The notes beneath the pieces were generated by a model. It was not told the DNA's origin. It saw nothing but the letters and a program-made list of their open reading frames with translations, and did not search any database. Both the position numbers and the translations under genes were made by a program. A DNA stretch of 64,000 bases from Macrostomum lignano (Eukaryota): the NCBI GenBank assembly GCA_002269645.1, contig NIVC01002667.1:1-64000 (forward strand). Direction: 5' to 3'. Numbering within the stretch: the stretch's first letter is position 1; every line of letters begins with the position of its first letter. Below are positions 28,380-42,425 of the stretch, piece after piece.

Positions 28380-28880
28380 GGCCGATTTCAATCTAGTTTA
28401 TGAAGGCCGATTTCAATCTAGTTTATGAAGGCCGATTTCAATCTAGTTTATGAAGGCCGATTTCAATCTAGTTTATAAAGGCCGATTCCAATCTAGTTTA
28501 TAAAGGCCGATTTCAATCTAGTTTATAAAGGCCGATTTCAATCTAGTTTATAAAGGCCGATTTCAATCTAGTTTATAAAGGCCGATTTCAATCTAGTTTA
28601 TGAAGGCCGATTTCAATCTAGTTTATGAAGGCCGATTCCTAGCTAGTTATGAAAGCCGATTCCTAGCTAGTTATGAAGGCCGATTCCTAGCTAGTTATGA
28701 AAGCCGATTCCTAGCTAGTTATGAAGGCCGATTCCTAGCTAGTTATGAAAGCCGATTCCTAGCTAGTTATGAAGGCCGATTCCTAGCTAGTTATAACGGC
28801 TGATTCCTAGCTAGTTATGAAGGCCGATTCCTAGCTAGTTATGAAGGCCGATTCCTAGCTAGTTATGAAGGCCGATTTCT
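28380..28880. repeat. Compound 25/24-bp minisatellite downstream of GON4L
   Basis: GAAGGCCGATTTCAATCTAGTTTAT units switch to GAAGGCCGATTCCTAGCTAGTTAT near 28630. Confidence 0.93.
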
Positions 28881-29439
28881 GAAGTTTTTTTAAGGCTGAT
28901 TCCTAAAAATTTATTTAGGCCGATTTAAAAATCCTCAAAAGTTCTATTATTACTCTTGTAGTTTTGCGACCCCAAATCAAGCACTTCGGTTGATAATTGT
29001 GTTGCTGTGTCTGCTGCACTATTTACAGTTAAACTGAATGCGCCACTTAATATCGCGTTTGTTAAGTCACTCCGTGTGGTCTGTTAACATGCTGATAGCG
29101 CGAGTGCGAGACCGTTTATGCAATTTATAATCTTTTTGCCCTTATTGTTATTCAGGTTTAAATAGAAAGCATTTTTCTGCAATAGTAACGAGCAGCTCTT
29201 TGTGCATTGAGTCTGTCTGTGTGTGCTCAATTGTATCCAGCTGACGCTCCTCACTGAGTCCCAGAGTGCTGACTGATAATTCCGTCATATTCTTTTCGTT
29301 GTCAATACATTTTACATTGTTCATCCCTCTTGTACTCTGTTGCATATTGCATCTGTACAAGCGTCATTTCAATTCAGTTCTATTCAAAATAGAAAAAAGA
29401 CTCAAAAGGTGGAAAATACAGACACAAGAATTGATAAAA

Positions 29440-31775
29440 TTGACACAAGTATAGATGGAAAGGACAGACAAGTATGTCCTTGTCCTTGGAAAGGACAGAC
29501 ACAAGTATAGATGGAAAGCACAGACACAAGTATAGATGGAAAGCACAGACACAAGTATAGATGGAAAGGACAGACGAGTATAGATGGAAAGGACAGACAA
29601 GTATAGATGGAAAGGACAGACACAAGTATAGATGGAAAGGACAGACACAAGTATAGATGGAAAGGACAGACAAGTATAGATGGAAAGGACAGACAAGTAT
29701 AGATGGAAAGGACAGACAAGTATAGATGGAAAGGACAGACAAGTATAAATGGAAAGGACAGACACAAGTATAGATGGAAAGGACAGACAAGTATAGATGG
29801 AAAGGACAGACACAAGTATAGATGGAAAGGACAGACACAAGTATAGATGGAAAGGACAGACACAAGTATAGATGGAAAGCACAGACACAAGTATAGATGG
29901 AAAGGACAGACACAAGTATAGATGGAAAGGACAGACAAGTATAGATGGAAAGGACAGACAAGTATAGATGGAAAGGACAGACACAAGTATAGATGGAAAG
30001 GACAGACAAGTATAGATGGAAAGCACAGACACAAGTATAGATGGAAAGCACAGACACAAGTATAGATGGAAAGCACAGACACAAGTATAGATGGAAAGCA
30101 CAGACACAAGTATAGATGGAAAGCACAGACACAAGTATAGATGGAAAGGACAGACACAAGTATAGATGGAAAGCACAGACACAAGTATAGATGGAAAGCA
30201 CAGACACAAGTATAGATGGAAAGGACAGACAAGTATAGATGAAAAGCACAGACACAAGTATAGATGGAAAGGACAGACACAAGTATAGATGGAAAGGACA
30301 GACACAAGTATAGATGGAAAGGACAGACACAAGTATAGATGGAAAGCACAGACACAAGTATAGATGGAAAGCACAGACACAAGTATAGATGGAAAGGACA
30401 GACACAAGTATAGATGAAAAGCACAGACACAAGTATAGATGGAAAGCACAGACACAAGTATAGATGGAAAGCACAGACACAAGTATAGATGGAAAGGACA
30501 GACACAAGTATAGATGGAAAGCACAGACACAAGTATAGATGGAAAGCACAGACACAAGTATAGATGGAAAGGACAGACAAGTATAGATGGAAAGGACAGA
30601 CAAGTATAGATGGAAAGCACAGACAAGTATAGATGGAAAGGACAGACAAGTATAGATGGAAAGGACAGACAAGTATAGATGGAAAGCACAGACACAAGTA
30701 TAGATGGAAAGCACAGACACAAGTATAGATGGAAAGGACAGACGAGTATAGATGGAAAGGACAGACAAGTATAGATGGAAAGGACAGACACAAGTATAGA
30801 TGGAAAGGACAGACAAGTATAGATGGAAAGCACAGACACAAGTATAGATGGAAAGCACAGACACAAGTATAGATGGAAAGGACAGACGAGTATAGATGGA
30901 AAGGACAGACAAGTATAGATGGAAAGGACAGACACAAGTATAGATGGAAAGGACAGACACAAGTATAGATGAAAAGCACAGACACAAGTATAGATGGAAA
31001 GGACAGACGAGTATAGATGGAAAGGACAGACAAGTATAGATGGAAAGCACAGACACAAGTATAGATGGAAAGCACAGACACAAGTATAGATGGAAAGGAC
31101 AGACGGGTATAGATGGAAAGGACAGACAAGTATAGATGGAAAGGACAGACACAAGTATAGATGGAAAGGACAGACAAGTATAGATGGAAAGGACAGACAC
31201 AAGTATAGATGGAAAGGACAGACACAAGTATAGATGGAAAGGACAGACACAAGTATAGATGGAAAGGACAGACAAGTATAGATGGAAAGCACAGACACAA
31301 GTATAGATGGAAAGCACAGACACAAGTATAGATGGAAAGGACAGACGAGTATAGATGGAAAGGACAGACAAGTATAGATGGAAAGGACAGACAAGTATAG
31401 ATGGAAAGGACAGACACAAGTATAGATGGAAAGCACAGACACAAGTATAGATGGAAACCACAGACACAAGTATAGATGGAAAGGACAGACGAGTATAGAT
31501 GGAAAGGACAGACAAGTATAGATGGAAAGGACAGACACAAGTATAGATGGAAAGGACAGACAAGTATAGATGGAAAGCACAGACACAAGTATAGATGGAA
31601 AGCACAGACACAAGTATAGATGGAAAGCACAGACACAAGTATAGATGGAAAGGACAGACAAGTATAGATGGAAAGGACAGACACAAGTATAGATGGAAAG
31701 GACAGACGAGTATAGATGGAAAGGACAGACAAGTATAGATGGAAAGGACAGACACAAGTATAGATGGAAACGACA
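29440..31775. repeat. 23/25-bp minisatellite, about 2.3 kb
   Basis: Unit GAC(AC)AAGTATAGATGGAAAG(G/C)ACA; source of three spurious ORFs of about 800 aa. Confidence 0.97.
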
Positions 31776-32524
31776 GACACACAGTTCCCATGCGACCGCC
31801 CGCCCTCACCCAGCCAGTTCACTATAGATTTTCAAACTTATCTCCATGCAGTTTCAACGCAGCAGCCGTGTGAGGGATTGGGAGCGCGCACAGCTGGCTC
31901 TCCTATTCAGATTCCTAGGTTGAAAATCGAAATGTGCTGCTGCTGGGATGGAAGCGCTTAACTAAGGCTTGGAGAGAAAAATGGCTGCTGGCTCTCTCCC
32001 TGCTTGACCTTTTCTTCGCTACTACCGTGGAGGCAGAGCCCGCGGGCCTCCAGCCCGCCAGCCCTCTAGCTGTACACGGAAGTCGGGAAAGTTGATGACT
32101 TTAGAAGCTGTGTCATCCCTTGCCATTTTGTTCGCCTTAAACCCTGCCTTACGTGGAACGGTCGCGTTGTTAAAAAAGAATATAATAATAGTACATTGTG
32201 CACACGAGGGCGGAAAGCCTTCCAACTAACTTCTGCCAGGTGCGAAAGTGACTTCAGTAGGATTGGGTTTTGGGAACTGTGCTGGTATAGCTGACATTCT
32301 TCTGTGTTTATCTCGTTTCAAACGCAGCTCACACACAGGACTTTTCTCAACTTCGAAGAGTCCCCGAATGAGGCGTAGACATAGATCTTAGGTTGCAGGT
32401 CAAGGTCGTGCACCATCAGGCATATACGCTCGTACACGCTAAGGACCTTGGAAAGGTTGGTCTGAAAGCAGGCGAGGTTTGAAAATTGTTGCAGGAGCTC
32501 TGAGACTGGAGCTCCAAATTAAAG

Positions 32525-32606
32525 TGGCCCACGCGCGGAATCGAACCCGGGTACGTTAGGCGCAAGAGCCAAGCGCGTTTACGTCCGAACTGCTCCCAGC
32601 TGGGCC
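32525..32606 (-). ncRNA. tRNA-like / Pol III-type small RNA unit (degenerate tRNA, SINE head or other Pol III RNA)
   Basis: 82 nt with terminal stem GGCCCA/TGGGCC, an A-box-like TGGGAGCAGTTCGG and a perfect B box GGTTCGATTCC. The cloverleaf is imperfect. Confidence 0.4.
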
Positions 32607-34246
32607 CCTGCCGAGACACTATATAAAGGTAGTGTGAAAAATAGCTCCATTTTGCATTATGCTACTTTTTAGTAGCCGTAGTGAAATTTAAGTCTTAGCT
32701 CGTACCCGGTTTCGAAATTACATATGATATCTAATTCAAAACAAGTATTGGGTTGCGGCCTAGTGCAAATTAGGCGACTCATGCCTGACTGTAGCTTCCG
32801 TCAGAATTGGCTGAGGCAATAACAGCAGTTCTTCGATGGTCCTAGTCCTAGCCTCCACCTGCAGGGCCGAGCGGCCATGTAATGCTTATGGCTCAATAAG
32901 ACCAATAATATAGTCGATTCTGATTCCACAACCATTCCAGAACCATTTAGAAAAGCAAAACGTTTAACCGTTATCTGTTTATAACTTTTTAGAGGTGGAG
33001 ACGTACAGTATTGATTTCTTACTTCACCACGTACTTTTTATATGGCTAAAATACTGTATATTAGAACAGAAGCTGGTGCTGTTGTACTGATTATTCTTAG
33101 ATGATTCTGGTTCTGATAATCGCAACGTTTCGAAGATTCCGCAATTATTTGTCTTCTAGAACCGGTACTTAAAACAAAGTTACATGTATATTATACATTT
33201 ATTGCTATACAAACGCACACTCAATTAGACTCTGGGAGTAGAAAATACTATTTTTTATAAACAAGCATTATCTAAGTTGCTTAATTGGAGTTTATATTCG
33301 AATTTAGTGTACGCACACGCGTCACACAATTCGGAGCTTAAAATTCATATTGCTTGTTCCGTTTTCAGAACTGTGTTCTGGTTCTGGAATTGGGATCGGG
33401 AAATTTTCTCGATCCTTTGTCATGTTTTCACTGTAACATTAAATAATATTTAAAATCGTCTTCTTTTCACTATTATTATCAATATTTTTTGTCATATCTA
33501 GGAGTAAACAAAGTCAAAGAAAGACAAGGGGACAAGATTAAAATTACAACTGTAAAGACTGAAAAAACATTTAAAATAGGTTCGACACTCTTTATTTTCC
33601 TATCCTACTCAAGAACTAAGCCTAATCAAGTAAATTTTTGACTTTTTGAAAAGCATTTTATTTTTGTACCAGGCATAAAAATAAATTTCATTAGGTTTAA
33701 TAAAGTCAAAAATTTAGTATAAATAAATTCATTTTCAGTGAGAGAGAGCCCAGTCATTTTAAGCTTGGCTTGACTTCGAATTAGCATTGCAATTGAAAAA
33801 GAAGTGGCCAATGAGTTAAAAAATATCTAAAAAAGTATTCTCCAATTTGATTTATTTTATGATAGTAAAGTAGAAGGAACTGTGTGCTGTATATATTACT
33901 GATGTGATAAGTAGAGCATCTAATGAAAAAGAATACAAAGTAGATATGCATATTGCATAATAATATACATAGAATACAGAGGCCATGACCCTCTAATCTT
34001 GGGAATGCCCAGGACTAGAAGTAGGCCTAATATATGCAGTATGTATACTAGTAATAATAACAATATACTGCTTAGGCCATATTTAGGGGGCCTAAATATA
34101 TTGCTACTAGAACTAGTAAAAATGCTAGCAGCAGAATAATAATGCTACCAGTAAGAGATTTTCTTTTAAATTAGATAAGTTTTTTAATTCAAAGTAATTT
34201 TATAAAAAGCCTATAGCAATTAAAATGGCTAGATACTCGTACTCTA

Positions 34247-34822
34247 CCAGGTTGCGGATAGTATGCATGTACGCCGGAACTTTTCCGGCGTACAAAATGG
34301 CCACCCTCAGTCCTTGGCGTACACAATCGGCGTACACAACCCCTGGCGCACTTTGTTGGCGTACACTATTGGCGTACACAAGTAACACAGCCACGTATAC
34401 TTTTTTGGCGTACAAATTTTGGTGAATCAATTCATGCCATACATGAAAATTGTAATGTAAATTAATGTTTTTACGTAAAGTAAAGGAAAATTTATATCAT
34501 CAGTGATAAACTTTTTGCTTATTTTAAGTTAAAAAAAAATAAAATTAGTGTAAAATTTTGCTGAAAGTATTAACTTTGCATGATATTTTTTGTAGGTGTT
34601 ATTTAAGTTTGTTTAAACTGACAATATTCGTAATATTTTAGACACTTTTCATACGAAAGCCTTTCCTAGAAAACTCTACTCGTGAAAACCGAATGACCCT
34701 TTTTTTAGGAATTTTTGGTGTACATTTTAGTGCAACTTTTTGTTTTTGGCGTACACTGGCGTACAAAGTCCTTGACGCCCGAATTTTTTCCGGCATACAC
34801 GGGTACATGATCCGCACACTGG
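34247..34822. mobile_element. hAT-like MITE (576 bp)
   Basis: Imperfect TIRs of about 33-35 bp (CCAGGTTGCGGAT... and ...ATCCGCACACTGG). Perfect 8-bp TSD GTACTCTA at 34239-34246 and 34823-34830. Internal GGCGTACA repeats. Confidence 0.85.
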
Positions 34823-35888
34823 GTACTCTAATATTCTTAGTTGCTAAAAACTTAATATAATTATGCATTAATATTTTTGAGCTATAGTTTTATTTTTATT
34901 TAAAATGAGAATAATTCATATTATTTTAAGACATGTTTTGTAAGAAAGTTTTCTTAGGAAACTAACTTGCAAAGTCAAATGACTTTTTAAGGAGAAATTT
35001 CAGTGTACCAACTACCATTATTTTTTCTGGCATAATATATTGCACCATTTGGACTATAGACTCTGAGCTAAAAGAGCAAAGTATTAATATATACTTTAAA
35101 AAAAAGTCATGTTATGTTGCTAAAAATTGCTATTTCCATTAAAAAAGGCCACACAGATATGGGTCCTATAAAACTCTTTTATCTTAAGGCACTATGCTCT
35201 ATGGGCTTCTAGATAGGAAGCCACCAATGCTATATACCTCATTGCTATTTAGGTAAAAGATTTTGCAAGCTATTCTAATGAGGTGCAATATGCCTAAGGT
35301 AATTGGCAAAATGCCTATCTGGAAAAGTATATATAGAACTAACTGGCTAACAAGGCATTTAGAGTTAATAATATAGTTATAGTTACTCCTGCCATTTACC
35401 CAAAGTTATGTTAATTTTGCTTAGGTTTCTTTCATAGGTAAGTTGCATTTTTGGTTAATGTAAAAGTCCCATGGCTGATATAAATCAGGGGGTTTGCGCA
35501 TGTATACTGATTACCATATGCTCATAGCATGCAATGTTGTCACAATATTCACATTAAGTTCAGCTAATGGCTAGTCAAAATAAATTCATATTAATGAGTG
35601 ATTGCCTTGATAGTTTGTTAATTAAAAGGGATACAACCTAGGGACACCACATGGTGGAAATATGTATGTATATAAATATGTATACATATGTATGTATGAA
35701 GGCAACAAAATATCAACTTGTTAGTTAGTCAACCTGGTCTATTTCATCACTTGATTATGTATGGATACCTTAAATTAGGTCATTCTGCATAAGTTATGAT
35801 TTATAGACTAAAGAAGTTTCTGTAAAAGTCATTCAACATTCGTTCTCCATTCACACTGCAGTGCTAGTCCACCCCACACAACAACAAA

Positions 35889-36881
35889 ATGAACATCTTT
35901 CGCCTCATTGGCGACATGAGCCATCTGGCTGCTATTCTGATCTTGCTGGCCAAAATCTGGCAAACCAGATCTGTCAGCGGGATATCGGGCAAATCTCAAG
36001 TGCTGTTTGGTCTGGTGTTTCTAACTCGCTATCTGGATTTGTTCACCAGCTTTGTGTCCATCTACAACAGCGTTATGAAGGTGAGATTAGAGCAGTCAGG
36101 TGTGATCCTTAGCTCACTGCTGCCCCCTCCCTCAGCTCACTGTTATCCTCTCCTTCAGATCACTGCTATTCCCTCCTTCAGGTCACTGCTATCCCCTCCT
36201 TCAGGTCACTGTTATCCCCTCCTTCAGGTCACTGCTATCCCCTTCAGGTCACTGCTATCCCCTCCTTCAGGTCACTGCTATCCCCTCCCTCAGCTCACTG
36301 CTGCCCCCTCCCTCAGCTCACTGCTGCCCCCTCCCTCAGCTCACTGTTATCCACTCCTTCAGGTCACTGCAATCCCATTTTGGCTAAAATTCAAGAACTC
36401 AACCTTTTCTTACGCACCAAAATATCCCAAACAGATAGTGTTCATCTTCGCCACCTGGCTAACCGTGTCCCTAATCTATTGGAAATTCCGTTCCACTTAC
36501 GACGGCAATCACGACACGTTTCGAGCCGAACTACTAGTAGTAGTCTCCGCCGGCCTATCCGTGCTATTGAACCACCAGCTGGCCCCGCTGGAGGTGCTGT
36601 GGACTTTCAGCATCTACCTGGAGTCCGTGGCCATCCTGCCGCAGCTGTTTCTCATTAGCAAAACTGGGTCGGCAGACACCATCACGTCTCACTACCTGTT
36701 CGGCCTGGGCTCCTACCGGGCTTTCTACATACTGAACTGGATCTACCGCTACATGGTTGAGGACTTCTTCGATCCTATCGCCGTGGTGGCTGGCTGCGTT
36801 CAGACCATCCTGTATGCCGACTTCTTCTATATCTACGTGACCAAAGTGGTTCGCGGAAAATCCACTCAGATTGAAGTTTAG
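35889..36881 (+). CDS. KDELR: ER lumen protein-retaining (KDEL) receptor, 212 aa, 2 coding exons
   Basis: Exons 35889-36080 and 36435-36881. Motifs [44 protein letters not shown] and [10 protein letters not shown]. The spliced length equals the canonical 212 aa. Confidence 0.97.
   Translation: MNIFRLIGDMSHLAAILILLAKIWQTRSVSGISGKSQVLFGLVFLTRYLDLFTSFVSIYNSVMKVRLEQSGVILSSLLPPPSAHCYPLLQITAIPSFRSLLSPPSGHCYPLLQVTAIPFRSLLSPPSGHCYPLPQLTAAPSLSSLLPPPSAHCYPLLQVTAIPFWLKFKNSTFSYAPKYPKQIVFIFATWLTVSLIYWKFRSTYDGNHDTFRAELLVVVSAGLSVLLNHQLAPLEVLWTFSIYLESVAILPQLFLISKTGSADTITSHYLFGLGSYRAFYILNWIYRYMVEDFFDPIAVVAGCVQTILYADFFYIYVTKVVRGKSTQIEV
36105..36370. repeat. About 23-bp minisatellite in the KDELR intron
   Basis: Unit TCACTGCTATCCCCTCCTTCAGG. 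Confidence 0.9.
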
Positions 36882-38439
36882 AGCGGGACAGATAATCTCA
36901 ACAATAAACTACCGAATTAAGGAGCAAATTAGACCGAAATTTCAATCGTATAAATTCGCTAATCGGATTCTTTTTTGTCTTCCCTGCTTAAGGTGTTGTC
37001 CGTACGTTTGACTCAAAAATCTTTATATATATTTCCTACTTGTTAGACTGCACTGAATTCTTAGAATCCAATACCCGAACTCGCTTTAATAGCAGTTGTG
37101 TCAAATATTGTTTTGTAATATGAGTTAAAACTAATAATATTCTTTTTATCATTAAATACACGATCAACTGTTTGTTTAAGTGCACTGGTTTCTTGGAAAG
37201 TATATTTATTCTTTTTCAAATTCCTCGCCGGTGTTAGCAGGCCAGTTTATCTCGCTAATCGCTGTGTAAAATACGAATGCGCTTCCCCTGTTTGCTCAGT
37301 TGGTGTCCAGTTGGTCTTTTCTCGATATAAGAAATTGGCTTTGATTTAATTTAGCTTCGCGCGGTCGCTCTACTCTTCCTTCCTCTGCGTTTCTAGTCCG
37401 TAATTGGAGTTTTTGTTTGTTTTTACAAATCCTGTTCGCTTCAGTCGCCTTATTATCTGCTCATTGATGGCATATCATTAGGCTTATATCGTCTCTTTAT
37501 TGTTTTGCCTGAGTCGCTTTAGGAATTTGAATTATTTTAAATCTCAGAAGGCTCCCATTATCCCCACAGTGAGTAGTATGCAGTGCAAATTTATTTATAT
37601 AGAATGGACAGAATTCTCATTTGTCAGTTGTCACCACGTTGGTTGGCCTTGTGCGGTAACTGCTGCTACTTGTTAAAAGATTTGACTTTTTTATTCTTCA
37701 AATTGGGTCGCTTGTTAACGATAGAACTACCCGAGGGTTAAATTGTGAATTGCACGACAACCCACCGTCCGATTTTCGAGCACAAGCCACAAATGAATGT
37801 TGCTGCGCGCGGGTCTAATTTATTTTTTTTTTGTGTCTTGGCGCTTGCACTCAAATGCCGGTTCTGGAATCCTGCATGTCCTGTGGCCAATTCAAAGCCG
37901 GTGCATACTACTTACTGATTTTAAGTAGAAAAATCCAGACATTGTCGCCGCAGCGGGGCCCGCTGGTCAGAGAGAGAGACAGTAAGCTTGAAAGCTTTGC
38001 AAGCAAGGTGCTTCAAGTCGCTATACTTAAATTCCGTTCATTCCATATTTTCTATATCTGGTAATCCTATCTGCGCCCCTTGGCGTTGCCTTGTTGCGAA
38101 TTCCCTTTGCCAGCGGAAACTCTCTCTCTCCGCCTCTCGGTTTGGTTTCCAAGGCGTTGCGGCGTCCGTCCAAGGAGACTTTGAAACTTGAACCAAGGTC
38201 TAGATTGCCAATTCTTCCCTAAAACTAAAAAATGACTGCAGTTTTCTGCCAAGTTTTAAAAGCCCTTCGAAGAAATTTCGATGTCACCACTTTTATTTTT
38301 TAGATTTGCGCAGTCTTGATGTGGTATAGTTTTTATTCAGACATTTGACGGTTTGTTGCCGGCATAATATTAGATGATTGCGGCTAAAATCTTAGGAGCT
38401 TCATAATTTCCCTTTGATATTTGCAAAATCTTTGTATGT

Positions 38440-38745
38440 GGCGCTAAATTGGCGCTGAAATCTTGTGTGTGGCGCTAAATTGACGCTAGAATCTTTGTCT
38501 GTGGCGCTAATTAGCGCTAAAATCTTGTATGTGGCGCTAAATTGATGCTAAAATCTTTGTCTGTGGCGCTAAATTGGCGCTAAAATCTTGTATATGGCGC
38601 TAAATTGACGCTAGAATCTTTGTCTGTGGCGCTAAATTAGCGCTAAAATATTGTATGTGGCGCTAAATTGACGCTAGAATCTTTGTCTGTGGCGCTAAAT
38701 TGGCGCTAAAATCTGTATGGGCGCTAAATTAGCGCTAAAATCTTC
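38440..38745. repeat. About 31-bp minisatellite
   Basis: Unit about GTGGCGCTAAATTGACGCTAGAATCTTTGTCT. Confidence 0.9.
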
Positions 38746-39754
38746 TGTGCTTGTAAAGTCTCACAGTCCAGAGAATATCAACTAAGAGTTGCATAAATGT
38801 TTCAGTTTTAATAACTAGAAGCGGAAGAGCTATCAATGGCACACCAGATTCTGGCTGAAGACCTCCTTGACTTGAAGCGGCGCGCAAAGCAAACAAGGCT
38901 CTGTTTGTTTAGAATGGGGGGAGGGGGGAAGCCGGGGCTCCGAAGCCAGGCCGAGAGACTGAGTGGAAACTTTCCCCGTCAAGTGACAACTTCAGCTTCC
39001 CAACTCTTTAAAGAATTCTATGCATCGTATAGAGACAGACAGACGGATAGAGTAGGTGGAAGGTATTAAGGAGCGATATAATATGTATATATATGAAATA
39101 ATTTGGGATTTCGCGGGCCCTGTCTTGCCTGCCTGCCCATCAGGCGCCGCATGGCTGAAGGAAAACAGGCGGCTCGGCGTGTGTCCGATCGAGGCCGGTG
39201 CAGCGGGGCCAGGGACCACCCTTAGCCTGGCTTCATGCTGCTGTTGCGTGTGTGGGATTCGGGATTGCCGAGTTGAAACTGCCGCTCAGCGGGGCGTCTT
39301 CATACCGCGTTCTGCGTCCCGCATTAAAGATCTTCCACGTTGCTCTCTTCGAATTTCTGCATCTCTCTCTCCATGCTTTCAGGGTGCTGCTCTGTCCTGC
39401 TGATATGGCAGAAAAGTGAAGTGGAGACAAACCTGGCTTGGAAGGATTAAGTGACTGATTATGAAGGTGCACCGATTTTTTATGTAGCGTCCTTAATTCG
39501 ATTCTGCGAAGATTGTCTGCCCTGTTGACTTGCTAAACTGCTCGATGCGCTGGAGTTGTAGCGAACATGGCTCGTGGCCCGAATTCTGTGTCGACTGCCT
39601 CCCGCAACTGTAGCAACATTTTTTCGCGCTTAGCTGATTAAATTGTTCGAATTTCATTGAAAAGAATATGCCGGTTTTTTACACTTAGCTCCCATTTTGT
39701 AGGGGATTCTGGTTGGAAATGTCTCGTCCCACTGCACATTAGTGAGTCTTAAGT

Positions 39755-40030
39755 ATGACTGACTGACTAACTAACTAGCTAACTAACTAACTAACTAACT
39801 GCCTAACTAGATAACTGACTAACTAACTAACTGCCTAACTAGATAACTGACTAACTAACTAACTAACTAACTAACTGACTGACTAACTAACTGACTAACT
39901 AACTAACTAACTAACTGCCTAACTAGATAACTGACTAACTAACTAACTAACTAACTAACTGACTAACTAACTGACTAACTAACTAACTAACTGCCTAACT
40001 AGATAACTAACTAACTGACTAACTAACTAG

Positions 40031-40072
<42 letters not shown>

Positions 40073-40135
40073 GACTAACTAACTATAGCTAGCTAACAAT
40101 CTAACTAACTAACTAACTAACTAGCTAACTAACTG

Positions 40136-40187
<52 letters not shown>

Positions 40188-40199
40188 GCTAACTAACTG

Positions 40200-40244
<45 letters not shown>

Positions 40245-40260
40245 TTAACTAACTAACCAA
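39755..40260. repeat. (TAAC)n microsatellite
   Basis: Direct inspection. Confidence 0.95.
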
Positions 40261-41176
40261 GGAACAAACTAAAAAATAACTAATTCACTCACTCGCTCTT
40301 ACTCACTCGCTATGTAAAGATTTACTGACATTCTCAAAAAATAGCGGAGCCTCAGTACAAAGAAAACAGCGACTATGTCATCAAAGGCAAGAAACCCAGC
40401 GGAGGGAACAGGTGGAGGCAGACATCCTGGAGGATTGAATGGGCGCCTCTCCAGAACACCTGAGGCCTCCTTCAGTTCAGAACAGAATCCGGAAGCATTG
40501 AGTAGCGCAGAGATTCTGAGAGCTGAGTCAGGGCTCGGCCGTTTGACAAGGGATCAGCCTGAGAATCCGGAAGAGTCAGTGCGTTCGACGGTGAGGGTCT
40601 GGGAGACTCGAGACAATCTTCCCACGCCTCCTGGTCACCCGGCAACAACACTGGGGAGTGGGGGGGGGGCTTTGAAACACTAGCCTCAGCCCGGCTTGAA
40701 TGTCCCAGTTCCGTGTTTATCCCTGTATTCGGTGAGTTGCCCCCCGCGCTGGGCAAGTTCCGCGGAGATTCGAATGGGAAGTGAGAAAGACAGGATATCG
40801 GATGGGGAGACTGGCAGGCAGGCCTTTTCAGCACGTGATGCCGAATATAAAGAGACTTCGTGCGAAGAAGGAGGTTCATGACAGGGCATGGATGGCGCAA
40901 GCTGCATTCCCTTGGCTTGGGTGGTCGCATCGCCCGCTAACTATGCCACTTAGCAAAGCTGAAGTCCCTGCATGGGGGGACTGCCCCCTGCTTTGATATT
41001 CTTCACCGTGTCTCTCATCTGCCTGTCTGTCTGTCCGAGTCTTTTTCTATCTTATAGAAATTCCTTTCCAACCGGCTTTATAATGCCGATTTTCTTGTGC
41101 TGGTCAAGCTTAAAACTGATGGCCGGAAAGCTTTCCGCCAGTTTTAGTAAGAGTTTTAAGCATAGATTAGTGCTAG

Positions 41177-41195
41177 TGTCTGTCTGTCTGTCTGC

Positions 41196-41235
<40 letters not shown>

Positions 41236-41338
41236 TTGTCTGTCTGCCTGTCTGTCTGTCTGCCTGTCTGTCTGCCTGTCTGTCTGTCTGTCTGTCTGTC
41301 TGCCTGTCTGTCTGTCTGCCTGTCTGTCTGCCTGTCTA

Positions 41339-41371
<33 letters not shown>

Positions 41372-41508
41372 TTGTCTGTCTGCCTGTCTGTCTGTCTGTC
41401 TGTCTGTCTGTCTGCCTGTCTGTCTGCCTGTCTGTCTGCCTGCCTGTCTGTCTGTCTGCCTGTCTGTCTGTCTGCCTGTCTGTCTGCCTGTCTATCTGTC
41501 TGTCTGCC

Positions 41509-41539
<31 letters not shown>

Positions 41540-41620
41540 GTCTGTCTGTCTGTCTGTCTGTCTGCCTGTGTCTGCCTGTCTGTCTGTCTTTGCGTCTGTC
41601 TGCCTGTGTCTGTCTGCCTG

Positions 41621-41679
<59 letters not shown>

Positions 41680-41680
41680 T
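41177..41680. repeat. (GTCT)n microsatellite
   Basis: Direct inspection. Confidence 0.95.
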
Positions 41681-42132
41681 TTACTGACATTCTGTCTGCC
41701 TGATTTACACAAACCGGTCTCCTCGCATTTCAAGAGTTGTGCAGCCACTTGAAACTTAAGACTCAGCCGTGCTGCGACCCCAGCTGATTCTGCACCATCA
41801 GGTTGCCAGAAGTTGCCGGCAGCTGCAAGCTACAAATACGCGTAAAAAGCTCTTGAAAAGATGACAATGGAAGCTGCTGGAGGTCCACAGAAATTTTTCC
41901 GATCCAAGCGTTTAAGAGAAGTGCTTGCGCAACAGCCTCAATCAGTGGTTGGAGAAAACTCTGAACCTTTTGACTCGGACACAGGACTTCAATATAGGCA
42001 GGGTATGAATGCTGTAGAGGTGTTTCAATTTCCAGCTTGAAAAGCGCACTTGAATTTTGATGATGAAACTCGAATTATTAGCTCGTGTTTATTGACCTCC
42101 GTCCTGTTTGAATCGCTGCATGAAAACCCACA

Positions 42133-42425
42133 GGCCAATTTTTGTGCACAAGCCCCAAATATCTTCGTGCAAAGCCAATTTTTGTGCACAAGCCCCAAAT
42201 ATCTTCGTGCAAAGCCAATTTTTGTGCACAAGCCCCAAATATCTTCGTGCAAAGCCAATTTTTGTGCACAAGCCCCAAATATCTTCGTGCAAAGCCAATT
42301 TTTGTGCACAAGCCCCAAATATCTTCGAGCAAAGCCAATTTTTGTGCACAAGCCCCAAATATCTTCGAGCAAAGCCAATTTTTGTGCACAAGCCCCAAAT
42401 ATCATCGTGCAACGCCGGTTTTTGT
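42133..42425. repeat. 40-bp minisatellite, about 7 copies
   Basis: Unit GCCAATTTTTGTGCACAAGCCCCAAATATCTTCGTGCAAA. Confidence 0.95.

Noticed and set aside
35889-36881. 330-aa single-ORF KDEL receptor as the main product
   Set aside because: Removing the GT-AG intron 36081-36434 gives the canonical 212-aa receptor.
38836-39472. Short GC-rich ORFs on both strands
   Set aside because: No recognisable motif or consistent splice structure.
40375-41000. ORFs at 40375-40683 and overlapping frames as a gene or TE fragment
   Set aside because: No domain similarity recognised and no termini or TSD found.
41861-42060. Possible coding exon MTMEAAGGPQKFF... with a donor near 42002
   Set aside because: The nearest acceptor leads to a stop within a few codons and the peptide is unrecognised.
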